In this document: positions 28,538 through 37,731 of the stretch, in pieces
How positions within the stretch are numbered: the first letter of the stretch is position 1
Layout of the letters: the number at the start of each line of letters is the position of its first letter
Assembly: GCA_038230375.1 (NCBI GenBank)
Contig: JBBRNJ010000056.1
Span: forward strand, 1-62,127
From: Polyangiales bacterium
GTDB lineage: Bacteria; Myxococcota_A; Polyangia; Polyangiales; Polyangiaceae
Direction: 5' to 3'
DNA length: 62,127 nucleotides
Notes under the pieces: model-generated
Told to the model about the DNA's origin: nothing
Databases searched by the model: none
What the model saw: only the letters and a program-made list of their open reading frames with translations
Made by a program: the position numbers and the translations under genes

Positions 28538-29404
28538 CTACTGGACGCGTACCAGGACGTTGTCGATGAAGACGTCGCCCACATTGGAGAGAGCAAGGTC
28601 TGGCATGCCGATGCGCACCTCGGTGCTCGTGCTGGGCTCGAAAGGCCCCTCCGTCACAATCTGCGGCTTGCCGCCGTTGAACGTGATGGTCGTCTGATCG
28701 TAGGTGCCCGAGATGGTGGGCGCGACGCCGGCGGTGAGAACGAGCGCCATGTGGACGTGATGGAAGACGTCGAGCACGGGCGCTTGGAGCGGGTCCGAGT
28801 TGGCCTTTCCCGACTGCCCGTTGCCCTGGAAAAACGCGCTGGTCTTGGTCGCGAAGAAGGTGAACTTTGGGCCGGCCCCTGCGCGCAGCGTGAAGATCCC
28901 ATCTGCGCCTGGGGAGCCCGGCAGCGTGTGCATGCGCACGTCCAGGTCGATGGTGATCTCGTGTGGCGGCACAACCAGTACCGCGAGATAGCAGCTGCTG
29001 TTGGTCGTCATGGCGTGTAGCCCGAACGGCGGAGACTTGTTGGTCGCGTCGCGTGTCAGGGAACAGCCCGAGCCGGGCGTGGAGCTCACGAACCCGAAGA
29101 GACCGCCGTCGTCCGCATCGTCGAAATCGGCGCAAAAGGCCGCGGCCGACGAGAGCGAGGCACAGAAGCCGGCGCCCCCAGCGTCAGCAAGCGAGCCGTC
29201 AGCCGCGGAAGCATCATCAAGGGTGTCCGAACCGCTCGCGTCCATCGACGTGACATCGTTCGCGTCCGCCGTCGTGCTTGCGTCCGGCACGAAGTGTCCG
29301 TCGCCGTTGCCCAGGATGGAGTTGCAGGCGAGCGCGAGCGTGCCCGCGACGAGCGCCGCGCCAACGAGCGCTACAGTCTTTGCGGGTCGCCGCGGCATGG
29401 ACAT
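28538..29404 (-). CDS. Lipoprotein with beta-rich (lectin/ConA-like) C-terminal domain
   Basis: Lipobox ALAC followed by NSILG; DAS/DAG linker; FCADFDD start and VFIDNV end of a beta-sandwich-like domain. Confidence 0.8.
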   Translation of the reverse strand: MSMPRRPAKTVALVGAALVAGTLALACNSILGNGDGHFVPDASTTADANDVTSMDASGSDTLDDASAADGSLADAGGAGFCASLSSAAAFCADFDDADDGGLFGFVSSTPGSGCSLTRDATNKSPPFGLHAMTTNSSCYLAVLVVPPHEITIDLDVRMHTLPGSPGADGIFTLRAGAGPKFTFFATKTSAFFQGNGQSGKANSDPLQAPVLDVFHHVHMALVLTAGVAPTISGTYDQTTITFNGGKPQIVTEGPFEPSTSTEVRIGMPDLALSNVGDVFIDNVLVRVQ

Positions 29405-29410
29405 TCCTTC

Positions 29411-30379
29411 CTAAAAGCGAACCGCCAGCGAACAGCCTTCCGTGCCGCACGTCGAAGAAACGCGACCGCTCGTGGGCGCCGGAGTCAGGATCCATACCAC
29501 GAGCGCAGCGGCCCCCAGCACTCCTCCCGCCACGACACCGATCGTCGCGACGTTGCCCGCGGTCGTCGCACGGGTCCACGCGCTCGCGGCGCGCGCGTCA
29601 CCACAAGGGCTTGGCACAGGACAAACCGCGTGCGCGCTGTTGTGTTCCGACAGTGAGACGCCGCCTGCAACTCCGCCGACACCGAACCCGACGATCGCAG
29701 CCCCGCCCAGCGCATACGCCAGGATATTTGCGCCGCCGGTGCCACTGGCGCCGCTGGTCGTCGGCTCACGAGCCGGCGGTGGTGGCGGCGGTTCCTGCAC
29801 GGGCGGCGGGTTCGAGAGATCGGGGACGAGCACCTCCACGGTCTGCTGCGCTGTCACGACGACATCTCTGCTCAGCGAGGCCAGCCCCACACCGCTCACC
29901 TGGAACAAGTGCCGGCCCGGCGTGAGGATCTGGACCGAGCCCACGTCAGGCACTTCGCTCGCGTCGAGCGTGATCCGCGCACCTGGGGGCGGCGAGCCGG
30001 TGACGAACCGGATGCGCACCGTTCCGACCTGCGTATCGAGCGCGTCCGCCCTTGCTCTTGCGGCTCGCTCGCGCGCATCCTTGCCCGCCGCGTGCGCCGC
30101 CGCAGCCACCGCGCGAAACAGCTTGAAGGCCTTTGCAGGACGCTCGGTGTGCTCGTAGCAGTCCGCCAGATTGAACTCCGTCCCGAGCGCCGCATCGAGC
30201 CGCTCGCTCTCTTCGAGCTTCGGACAGGCTGCGGGATACTGTCCGCTGTCCGTGAGCGTCTTGGCCTCGCGAAAGAGCTGCTCCGCTCGCGCCATGGCAT
30301 CATTCGCGGAGGCTGCACAAGGAACCAGGACGAACGCCAGGGTCAGCGCGATCGCGCAGGAATGGGGGAGCCGCGGCAT
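29411..30379 (-). CDS. Exported TPR + PEGA-like protein with C-terminal Gly-rich helices and terminal Phe
   Basis: Signal peptide; AEQLFREAK..ACPKLEESERLD..TEFNLADCYE; ITLD..LTPGRH PEGA-like region; Pro linker; ends GCSLAVRF. Confidence 0.85.
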   Translation of the reverse strand: MPRLPHSCAIALTLAFVLVPCAASANDAMARAEQLFREAKTLTDSGQYPAACPKLEESERLDAALGTEFNLADCYEHTERPAKAFKLFRAVAAAAHAAGKDARERAARARADALDTQVGTVRIRFVTGSPPPGARITLDASEVPDVGSVQILTPGRHLFQVSGVGLASLSRDVVVTAQQTVEVLVPDLSNPPPVQEPPPPPPAREPTTSGASGTGGANILAYALGGAAIVGFGVGGVAGGVSLSEHNSAHAVCPVPSPCGDARAASAWTRATTAGNVATIGVVAGGVLGAAALVVWILTPAPTSGRVSSTCGTEGCSLAVRF

Positions 30380-30490
30380 ACCTTCCTGAAGCGTAGCGGA
30401 AGGGATCGCGACCGTCATCCACGGTTGCCTCGCGGCCACGGTACGCAACGCAGCCACGAAGGGCGTCATGCGCTACGCTCGTGAGAGACG

Positions 30491-31849
30491 ATGAAGTCAG
30501 GTCCGGACCATTCGCAAACCGCCACTATTCCTCGGACCGTACGTGGCTCGCAGCCGTCGTTCGGATCCCTCCGCCTGGTCGTGGAATCCGGTCCCGATCA
30601 GGGCGCGACGTTCTCGCTCGCGCAGGCGCGCGCTGGGCGCCTTCTCCTTGGCACGAGCCCCGTGTGTGATTTTCGCCTCTCCGACGCGCGCGCGTCTCGC
30701 AGGCACGCCGCGTTCGAGATGGTCCGTGGCCGCTGTCACATCGTTGATCTCGAGTCCACGAACGGCACCACCATCGACGGCATCGAGGTCACATCGGCGT
30801 ACATCCACGAAGGTCTGTCCATCCTCGTAGGCAGCACGTCCCTGCGCGTGATGAGCGACGACGCGCCGATTCAACCTCAGGTCTCCGAGGAGACCCGGTT
30901 CGGTCGCTACGTCGGCGCGAGCCTTGTCATGCGACGCGTCTACCCGCTCGCGGAGCGCATCGCGAAGACGGATATTCCCTTGATCATCGAGGGCGAGACC
31001 GGCACGGGCAAGGAGGTCTTCGCGGAGGCGATTCACGAGAAGGGCCCGCGCGCGGATCGCCCCTATGTGGTGTTCGACTGCACGACGGTCGCGGCGAGCC
31101 TCCTGGAGTCGGAGCTCTTCGGACACGAGAAGGGCGCATTCACCGGCGCCATCACCGCGCGCAAGGGCGTGTTCGAGCAGGCGCATGGCGGCACACTCTT
31201 GATCGACGAGATCGGGGACCTGCCGATCCAGATGCAGCCGAAGCTGCTGCGCGCGATCGAGCGCAAGGAGATCCGCCGCGTCGGAGGCAGCGACGTGCGC
31301 ACGGTCGACGTGCGCATCATCGCGGCAACGCGGCGAGATCTCGATCACGAGGTGGAAGCCGGGCGATTCCGGGATGATCTCTTTCATCGGCTCGCGGTCT
31401 CGAGGATCGAGCTCCCCCCGCTTCGCGACCGCCTCGGCGACGTCCCGCTGCTCGCGCGCCACTTCTGGGCGAGCTGTCATGGCGATCCGAAGGGCCCGCC
31501 CCCTGAAGCTCTCGCGCGCTGGCAATCTGCCGCATGGCCTGGAAACGTGCGTGAGCTTCGCAACGCGGTGATCCGCGAGTGTGCGCTCGGAGCGCCCTTG
31601 CTGCCGCTGCGTGAGCGCGACGTCGACGGTGCGCGCGGGGCCGAGGGTGGGATCCGCGCGGCCGCGCATGCGGCGCTCGCTCGCGGCGAGGCATTCCCCA
31701 TCGCGAAGCGCGCGTTCATCGAGGAGTTCGAGGAATGCTATCTCGAGGCCGTGCTCGCCAAGCACCATGGAAACACCGCGGCCGCTGCTGCTGACGCGGG
31801 CGTCGCGCGCCGCTACCTGCAGCTGCTCCTGGCGAAGCGAGCGCGATAG
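30491..31849 (+). CDS. FHA-domain sigma54-dependent transcriptional activator
   Basis: [57 protein letters not shown]-terminal HTH. Confidence 0.95.
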   Translation: MKSGPDHSQTATIPRTVRGSQPSFGSLRLVVESGPDQGATFSLAQARAGRLLLGTSPVCDFRLSDARASRRHAAFEMVRGRCHIVDLESTNGTTIDGIEVTSAYIHEGLSILVGSTSLRVMSDDAPIQPQVSEETRFGRYVGASLVMRRVYPLAERIAKTDIPLIIEGETGTGKEVFAEAIHEKGPRADRPYVVFDCTTVAASLLESELFGHEKGAFTGAITARKGVFEQAHGGTLLIDEIGDLPIQMQPKLLRAIERKEIRRVGGSDVRTVDVRIIAATRRDLDHEVEAGRFRDDLFHRLAVSRIELPPLRDRLGDVPLLARHFWASCHGDPKGPPPEALARWQSAAWPGNVRELRNAVIRECALGAPLLPLRERDVDGARGAEGGIRAAAHAALARGEAFPIAKRAFIEEFEECYLEAVLAKHHGNTAAAAADAGVARRYLQLLLAKRAR

Positions 31850-31851
31850 GC

Positions 31852-33264
31852 ATGACAGGTCCCGAGCGAGACCCGGAGAGGTTGCCGCCGGAGCTTCGAG
31901 AGGGCTCCATCTTCGACGGGAAATACCGGGTCGAATGCGTGCTGGGCATGGGCGGTATGGGCGTGGTCCTGCTCGTGCATGATCTTGCGTTGCAGCGAGA
32001 CGTCGCCATCAAGATGCTGTTGCCGGAACATCTCACCGACGAGGAGTTCGTGGCGCGCTTCCTTCGTGAGGCGCGTGCGGCAGCCCTGATCCATGGCGAG
32101 CACGTCTGCCGCGTGCTCGAGGTCTCGCAGTCGCAGAGCGGTCTGCCTTACATGGTTCTCGAGTGGCTCGTCGGCCGAAACCTGGACGAGGTATGCCGTG
32201 AAGAAGGCCCCCTCGAACCAGGGCGCGCCGTGGACTACGTGCTGCAGGCGTGTGAGGCCGTCGCGCAGGCGCATGCGCGCGGCATCGTTCATCGCGACAT
32301 CAAGCCTGCGAACCTCTTCCTCACCCACCGCGAGGACGGCGCAGCGCTCGTCAAGGTGCTCGACTTTGGCATCTCCAAGATGAGCGAGTGGCCCACGAAG
32401 GAGGGCAAGCCGCTGACGAAGACCGGCGTCATGCTGGGGACGCCGAACTACATGGCGCCCGAGCAAATGAGGTCTTCGCGTGAAGTGGACTCGCGCGCGG
32501 ACATCTGGTCGTTCGGCGCCGTGCTCTTCAAGCTCATGGTGGGGCACGCGCCGTTCCTCGCGGCGTCGGTCGGCGAGCTCTTCTCGTCCGTCTTGCACGA
32601 CCCGCCTCCGCTCGCGTCCGCGCTCCGACCGGACGTACCATCGGGACTGGACCAGGCCATTCGCCGCTGCCTCCAGAAAGAACCAGCAAATCGCTTTCAG
32701 ACGCTCGAAGACTTCGCGCTGGCCATTACTCCGTTCGCGTCGAGCGCAGACGACGGAGCCATGTCGGCGGGGCGAATCAAGGCGTTCTCCGTGCGCGCCT
32801 CCGGCTCCAACGACGGTGAGATCGTGGAGCCGACGACCGTCGATCCGCCGATGTCTGGACCATTCCTCGACGCCGCAGAGACGAGCGCCCCGCGGATTCT
32901 GGCGCCTCACATCGCAGCGGACTCTCGGCCGCGCTTCGCCGTCGTCGCCGCCATGATCATGCTGGTCGTGGTGGGCGCGATCCTGGTGGCCGGATGGACC
33001 TATCTGAGCATCGCGCCTCCGGCGGCGTTCGCTGCCGAGCCCTCCGCGAGGTCCGCGACGTCCGCGACGTCCGCGCCTGCGAGCTCCACGAACGGGGCGG
33101 CGAACGTGCCGGAGCCGACCTCGAGCGCGGCCGCCTCGAGCGCGCCGGAGCGTGCGTTGCCGCAGGCGCCTCCGTCATCCACTGCGGCGAAGCCTTTGTC
33201 CCCTTCCAGGCCGCCGACTCAGCCACGCAAGAATCCGACAACGACGTCCGATCGTCACGGTTGA
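31852..33264 (+). CDS. Transmembrane Ser/Thr protein kinase with Pro/Ala/Ser-rich external tail
   Basis: GMGGMG, VAIK, HRDIKPAN, DFG, GTPNYMAPE, DIWSFG; one TM; low-complexity tail ending SDRHG. Confidence 0.95.
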   Translation: MTGPERDPERLPPELREGSIFDGKYRVECVLGMGGMGVVLLVHDLALQRDVAIKMLLPEHLTDEEFVARFLREARAAALIHGEHVCRVLEVSQSQSGLPYMVLEWLVGRNLDEVCREEGPLEPGRAVDYVLQACEAVAQAHARGIVHRDIKPANLFLTHREDGAALVKVLDFGISKMSEWPTKEGKPLTKTGVMLGTPNYMAPEQMRSSREVDSRADIWSFGAVLFKLMVGHAPFLAASVGELFSSVLHDPPPLASALRPDVPSGLDQAIRRCLQKEPANRFQTLEDFALAITPFASSADDGAMSAGRIKAFSVRASGSNDGEIVEPTTVDPPMSGPFLDAAETSAPRILAPHIAADSRPRFAVVAAMIMLVVVGAILVAGWTYLSIAPPAAFAAEPSARSATSATSAPASSTNGAANVPEPTSSAAASSAPERALPQAPPSSTAAKPLSPSRPPTQPRKNPTTTSDRHG

Positions 33265-33307
33265 GACGGGCGTCCACGCGGGCTCACGACGCTCCGCTCT
33301 GCGCGTC

Positions 33308-34309
33308 TCACGTCACCGCGTACAAGCCGTGCTTCTTCAACAGCGAGCGGAGGTAGTGTCGTTCGAGGCCAGCGAGGCCGGCGCCCATCGCGATGTTGCC
33401 GTCCGCGCGCGCCATCAGGCGCTCGAGATACCGTCGCTCGAAGTCGTCCACCACGTCTCGCTTTGCTTCCTTGAACCCTGGCAGGTCCTCTGCGTCCATC
33501 GAGGCGGCGGCGCCCGGGCGGTCGGACGCGCGGAGAACCGCGTCGAAGGTCAGATCCGACGGCTCGATCGTCGCGCGGTCGCAGAGGCAGGCCGACCGAT
33601 CCAGGATGTTTCGAAGCTCGCGCGCGTTTCCCGGATATTCACGCGCGATCAGCGTTGCGCGCGCGGCGGCAGACAGCGTCCGCGCGCGGCCAGTGGTGGA
33701 CATCGTGTGCCGGAGAAACTCGTCTGCGAGGAGCGAGATGTCGTCTCGCCGTTCCGCGAGCGAAGGGACGGAGATGTGCGACTCCGCCATGCCGAAGCAC
33801 AGCTCGTCGGCGAACTGCGCGCCCTCTGCCACGCGACGCACGTCACGGCATGTCGAGAGCAGAATGCGCACGTCAAGGGGGCGAGGCGTGTCCTCGCCGA
33901 CACGCGTCAGCATGCGTGCCTCCAGAGCACGCAGCAGCCTGGGCTGGAGTTCCGTCGGCAGCGCTCCGACCTCGTGGAGCAGAAGCGTTCCACCGTTCGC
34001 CGCTTCGAGAAATCCCTCGCGCGATTCCAGGGCGCCGGTGAAGGCGCCTGCGGCATACCCGAACAGCACGGACTCCGCGACATCGTACGAGATGGCCGCG
34101 CAGTCGAGGACGACGAACGGGCCCTGTGCGCGATCGCTGTCTTCGTGAATCGCGCTGGCAACGAGGTCCTTGCCGCTGCCTCTCGGCCCTGCGATGCAGA
34201 CCGTCAGGTCCGTGCGGGCGAGCCGTTCTATCTGGGCTCTGAGCTCGCGGACGGCCGCACTTGGTCCGGTGAGCATCGAGGCGGCGGACACACAACATCG
34301 AGTATTCAC
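33308..34309 (-). CDS. Sigma54-interaction AAA+/HTH protein without sensor domain and with degenerate ATPase motifs
   Basis: GPRGSGKD, GAFTGA, YPGNAREL and HTH retained; Walker B reads LLLHEV; Arg-finger region reads FADELCFGM. Confidence 0.85.
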   Translation of the reverse strand: MNTRCCVSAASMLTGPSAAVRELRAQIERLARTDLTVCIAGPRGSGKDLVASAIHEDSDRAQGPFVVLDCAAISYDVAESVLFGYAAGAFTGALESREGFLEAANGGTLLLHEVGALPTELQPRLLRALEARMLTRVGEDTPRPLDVRILLSTCRDVRRVAEGAQFADELCFGMAESHISVPSLAERRDDISLLADEFLRHTMSTTGRARTLSAAARATLIAREYPGNARELRNILDRSACLCDRATIEPSDLTFDAVLRASDRPGAAASMDAEDLPGFKEAKRDVVDDFERRYLERLMARADGNIAMGAGLAGLERHYLRSLLKKHGLYAVT

Positions 34310-34491
34310 GGGTGACCTTCAGTGCAGCTGCTGCGCCAACCACGCGGCGCGCCCAGGTCCGCGCGATGCCGCCGCCCGACGCCGATCTGCGCGCTGAGCT
34401 GGCGATCGATTCGATCGTCGAAGTGATCGGATCGATCACCTGACGTCCGAATGTGAGCCCGGGCCGCTGCAGTTCCTCCCTCGGTCGGACG

Positions 34492-34507
34492 CGGCACGGG
34501 CTTCGCA
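34492..34507 (+). promoter_or_regulatory. Putative sigma54 promoter of the 34522 lipoprotein gene
   Basis: CGGCACGGGCTTCGCA, 14 nt before ATG 34522. Confidence 0.65.
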
Positions 34508-34521
34508 GGCGCAGACCAGTG

Positions 34522-35331
34522 ATGAAAGAATATCGCCGCAAGTCTGTCCGTCTCCGTCTCATTGTGTGCGCGGGGCTCACCCTTGGCGTGGCGGCGGCCA
34601 CGGGCTGCAGCGGCGGCGGCACGCCTGTTCCCGACGTGGGCGTCGAGACATCCGGCGTGACCGAAGACGCAGGGACGACAGCCCCCATGCCGCTCACGCC
34701 CCCCGCTGCGGAGTCGCGCGACGCGTCACCTCCCAAGTCTTCCGCATCGGATGCATCGGATACGTCGGTTGCATCGGAGGCAGGAGACGCGCAAACGCCG
34801 CTCGCCGACTCCGGGGCTTGTGGGGCAGGCTGCAGGCTCGTGTTCGTCACCAAGGCGACGTTCACCGGCGACCTCCAGGGCAACGCGGGCGCGGACGCCA
34901 AGTGCAAGGCAGCCGCTGCTGCGAGCACGCATGCGCCTATCTCGAGTCGCTCGACCAGGTTCATCGCGTGGATATCGACGGGGGCCGCGGGCTCACCGGG
35001 CCCGGGTACGCGGCTCGGGAACGCCGAGTACCGGCGCATGGATGGAACGTTGGTCGCTGCGAGCCTCGCGGGTCTCCTTAGCGGCAGCCTGCTCGCCCCC
35101 ATCAACGTCACCGAGCGCGGAGACTCCCTCGGCACGGGCGCCGCCGCGTGGACCGGCACGGCTGCGAACGGAACGGCGAGCAACTTCACCTGCAACGGAT
35201 GGTCAACGAACCTCCTGACCGTCGCCGGCGATGTGGGGACTCCGCCCGACACGGGGACCGCCTGGAGCATCAGCAACACGATGAGCTGCAGCGCCAGTCA
35301 GCGAATCTACTGCATCGAGGGCGGGCCTTGA
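34522..35331 (+). CDS. Lipoprotein with DUF1554/endostatin-like C-terminal domain
   Basis: Lipobox ATGC; VFVT..FTGDL.G.AGADAKC, FIAWIS, WTGT, CNGWS, RIYCIE. Confidence 0.82.
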   Translation: MKEYRRKSVRLRLIVCAGLTLGVAAATGCSGGGTPVPDVGVETSGVTEDAGTTAPMPLTPPAAESRDASPPKSSASDASDTSVASEAGDAQTPLADSGACGAGCRLVFVTKATFTGDLQGNAGADAKCKAAAAASTHAPISSRSTRFIAWISTGAAGSPGPGTRLGNAEYRRMDGTLVAASLAGLLSGSLLAPINVTERGDSLGTGAAAWTGTAANGTASNFTCNGWSTNLLTVAGDVGTPPDTGTAWSISNTMSCSASQRIYCIEGGP

Positions 35332-35346
35332 GCGCGCGTCCACGGA

Positions 35347-36366
35347 CTACTGCATGGGGACGTGGCTCGAGAGTATCCAGTCACTTCCGTGCTCGTCGTA
35401 GATCGCCTTGTTGATCCCTGGTGTCGTGACGGGCGTCTCGATGTGCGTGAAGCGGTGGATTCGCAGCGGGAGACCGTCGCGCGCGCTGAGGTAGAAGTCT
35501 GTGACCTCGTAGCCGGACGTAGCCCCGATGACCGCGCGCGTGCGCAACGTGTGGAAGACGTCTTCCGAGACGCCGTCAACGGTCACGGCCTCGAGGCCGA
35601 CGTAGACGTACGGTCCCTGGCTCGAGTACGTGCCCTTGGTTTGCGCTGCGGTGCCGGTGCACGAATGCATGAACGAGTCACCCGGCTTCATGCCGTGCAC
35701 CACGTAGGCGTTCGACGCACTGCAGTCGACCACGGCGGTCGTGGATTGCGACCCGAAGAGCGGCAGGTTCCAGGTCTGGTAGTTCACTGTGCTGCGAATG
35801 CCCGGATCGAGCTGTCCGCCCTCGCGCGCACAGAACGTCTCATCCTCCGCGTGAGCGCCGCCCCCGCCGTTCGGCAGGACCTGGAGCGCGAGCGTCCAGC
35901 ACGCTCCTGCGCCACCGTCGGTGTAGCCGACGACCGCGGGCATCGCCACCGCCTGCGCCCGCCGCACGACTGAAGGTTGGCCAAACGTCGGGACGACCGT
36001 CAAGATGTCGAAGCCGAAGTCCGTCGCGGCAGCGTCAAAGTCCGATGCGTCGGCGTACGCAGTTGCATTCTGCACGTACTGGTACTTCCCGGCAGCCGGG
36101 AGGTAGACGACAAACGGGTCGCCCGTGTCGGCCGACGCGTCCGTCGAGACCACGGCGCCGCCCTCGCCGATCGCAGGATGGGAGCCGTCGCGCACCACGC
36201 TCTGGTCGGTGCTGCCGCTCAGCGCGTCGAAGCTCGTCAGGAGCGAGCACGCCATGAGCGACATGCTGCAGCTGGAACCGACCACGACGAACACCACGCG
36301 GCGCGCGCGGCTACGTCGCACCATCGAGTCGCGCGTCTGTCGCAGTGGTTGCATCGCGTGAGCCAT
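35347..36366 (-). CDS. Hypothetical lipoprotein
   Basis: LMAC followed by SLLTSFDALSG; DAS linker; PAAGKYQY; beta-rich body; start uncertain. Confidence 0.78.
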   Translation of the reverse strand: MAHAMQPLRQTRDSMVRRSRARRVVFVVVGSSCSMSLMACSLLTSFDALSGSTDQSVVRDGSHPAIGEGGAVVSTDASADTGDPFVVYLPAAGKYQYVQNATAYADASDFDAAATDFGFDILTVVPTFGQPSVVRRAQAVAMPAVVGYTDGGAGACWTLALQVLPNGGGGAHAEDETFCAREGGQLDPGIRSTVNYQTWNLPLFGSQSTTAVVDCSASNAYVVHGMKPGDSFMHSCTGTAAQTKGTYSSQGPYVYVGLEAVTVDGVSEDVFHTLRTRAVIGATSGYEVTDFYLSARDGLPLRIHRFTHIETPVTTPGINKAIYDEHGSDWILSSHVPMQ

Positions 36367-36487
36367 ACAGCATAGCTGAGACGCGAGGGCTGCGCTCCGC
36401 TCGCATCGCGAGCCGGCACCTGGATCGGTTTGCAGGTCACGACGGTGACCACTGCCACGGCGTGAGCACGTTTTCGCGCCCTGCTGG

Positions 36488-37558
36488 TCAGTGCGCCGTG
36501 GCCTTGCCGGACGTTGCGTCGAACGTGATCGAGCCGTGCTGGAAGTCGCTCTGTCGCCCGCTCGCTACTGCGTATTCGTCGCTGACTGGATATCCGAGCG
36601 AGCCGACCTCCCAGCCGAGCGACGCCCACGTATCGCGAATCACGCCATGGACCTCGAACGCTCCAGTCTGCGGCGTCCAGTAGATGGATCCGTTCTGAAA
36701 GACGTTGTAGCGACCGACACCGTCGGGTGTGCCCGTCTCGCTCGTCGTTGGCGCACCGAGAAGAGAGCGGCAGCCGCCGAGCGCGCGATACTTCGCTTCG
36801 ATCGCGCCGGCCGTTGCGCCGCTGCCACCCGGGCAGCTTGTTCCCGCGTGCCAGAATCCGGGGCCGTTGGTGTCAGCGAGCACCTGCGAGAGCCCGTCGT
36901 TGTAGGTTCGATATCGCGCGGACCAGCAGCTCCAGCCTTCCTGGCATCCGTTGTAGTAGCGAACGACGGTGCGTATCCATTGATCGCGGAGGGTCGCGTT
37001 GTGCAGATCGAAGACGTTGATCCACGCGCGTGCCTTGTCGTCGGTCTCGGCGTTCGTGGTGTAGTCCGAGATCTTGACCATGTGGATCACGTAGTCGATG
37101 GCGTGCGAGACCTGCCCGTCCACCGTGAGGACGTCGCTTCCGTACGTGCGGATCGTGTCGCTGTACGTACCGGAGTCGAACTGGAACATTCCGAGCCCGC
37201 CTTGCCGATCGCCGCACGGTCCATCCCCCGCGCCCGCGATGACGGGGCCGCCGCCGCAGTCCGGAGAGCTTGGTCCCTGGCATGCCCACGTGGCTTCGGA
37301 CCAGCACTGCGCCAGCCCTGTTTCATCGGACGCGATGCCAGCGAGCAAGTAGGCGGTCGCCCCGATTCCGCGCGCGGCGGCGGCGTCGCGGATGCGGGCG
37401 TAGCGAGGGAGGCGATCCTTGACGTCGAGCGAATCGTTCGTGCTCCCCGTGGCCTCATCCGGTGCGGCCTGACTGCATGCGGCAGACAGCAGCGCCGTGA
37501 GCATCAGGAGTGACGCGCCGCTTCGAAGTGCGCATGGCGTTCTCGTGTTCTCGTGCAT
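36488..37558 (-). CDS. Lipoprotein: lysozyme/transglycosylase-like domain + LGFP repeats
   Basis: Lipobox SAAC; AGIASDETG (Glu), GLGMFQF and RYYNG resemble lysozyme-fold motifs; LGFP tail nearly identical to that of 24285..25466. Confidence 0.8.
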   Translation of the reverse strand: MHENTRTPCALRSGASLLMLTALLSAACSQAAPDEATGSTNDSLDVKDRLPRYARIRDAAAARGIGATAYLLAGIASDETGLAQCWSEATWACQGPSSPDCGGGPVIAGAGDGPCGDRQGGLGMFQFDSGTYSDTIRTYGSDVLTVDGQVSHAIDYVIHMVKISDYTTNAETDDKARAWINVFDLHNATLRDQWIRTVVRYYNGCQEGWSCWSARYRTYNDGLSQVLADTNGPGFWHAGTSCPGGSGATAGAIEAKYRALGGCRSLLGAPTTSETGTPDGVGRYNVFQNGSIYWTPQTGAFEVHGVIRDTWASLGWEVGSLGYPVSDEYAVASGRQSDFQHGSITFDATSGKATAH

Positions 37559-37570
37559 GAGCGTGCCTTT

Positions 37571-37586
37571 AGCGAGGCACATGCCA
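37571..37586 (-). promoter_or_regulatory. Putative sigma54 promoter of the lysozyme-like LGFP gene
   Basis: Minus strand TGGCATGTGCCTCGCT, 12 nt before ATG 37558. Confidence 0.65.
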
Positions 37587-37731
37587 TGGCGATCGCCCGA
37601 GAAAACGCGGCAGATCGAGCTTGAGCCGAACGTCATGTCGAGGGACGCCGCACTCACGCGTTGGATCGCCCCGCCGGTCATGCACGTGACCAGCACAAGC
37701 GCGCGAGCTCCTTGTGGCGGCCTCGACTTCG

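Noticed and set aside
24285..37558. Mobile element bounded by the two LGFP copies
   Set aside because: The similarity is confined to a coding domain with synonymous divergence; no integrase, transposase or att site.
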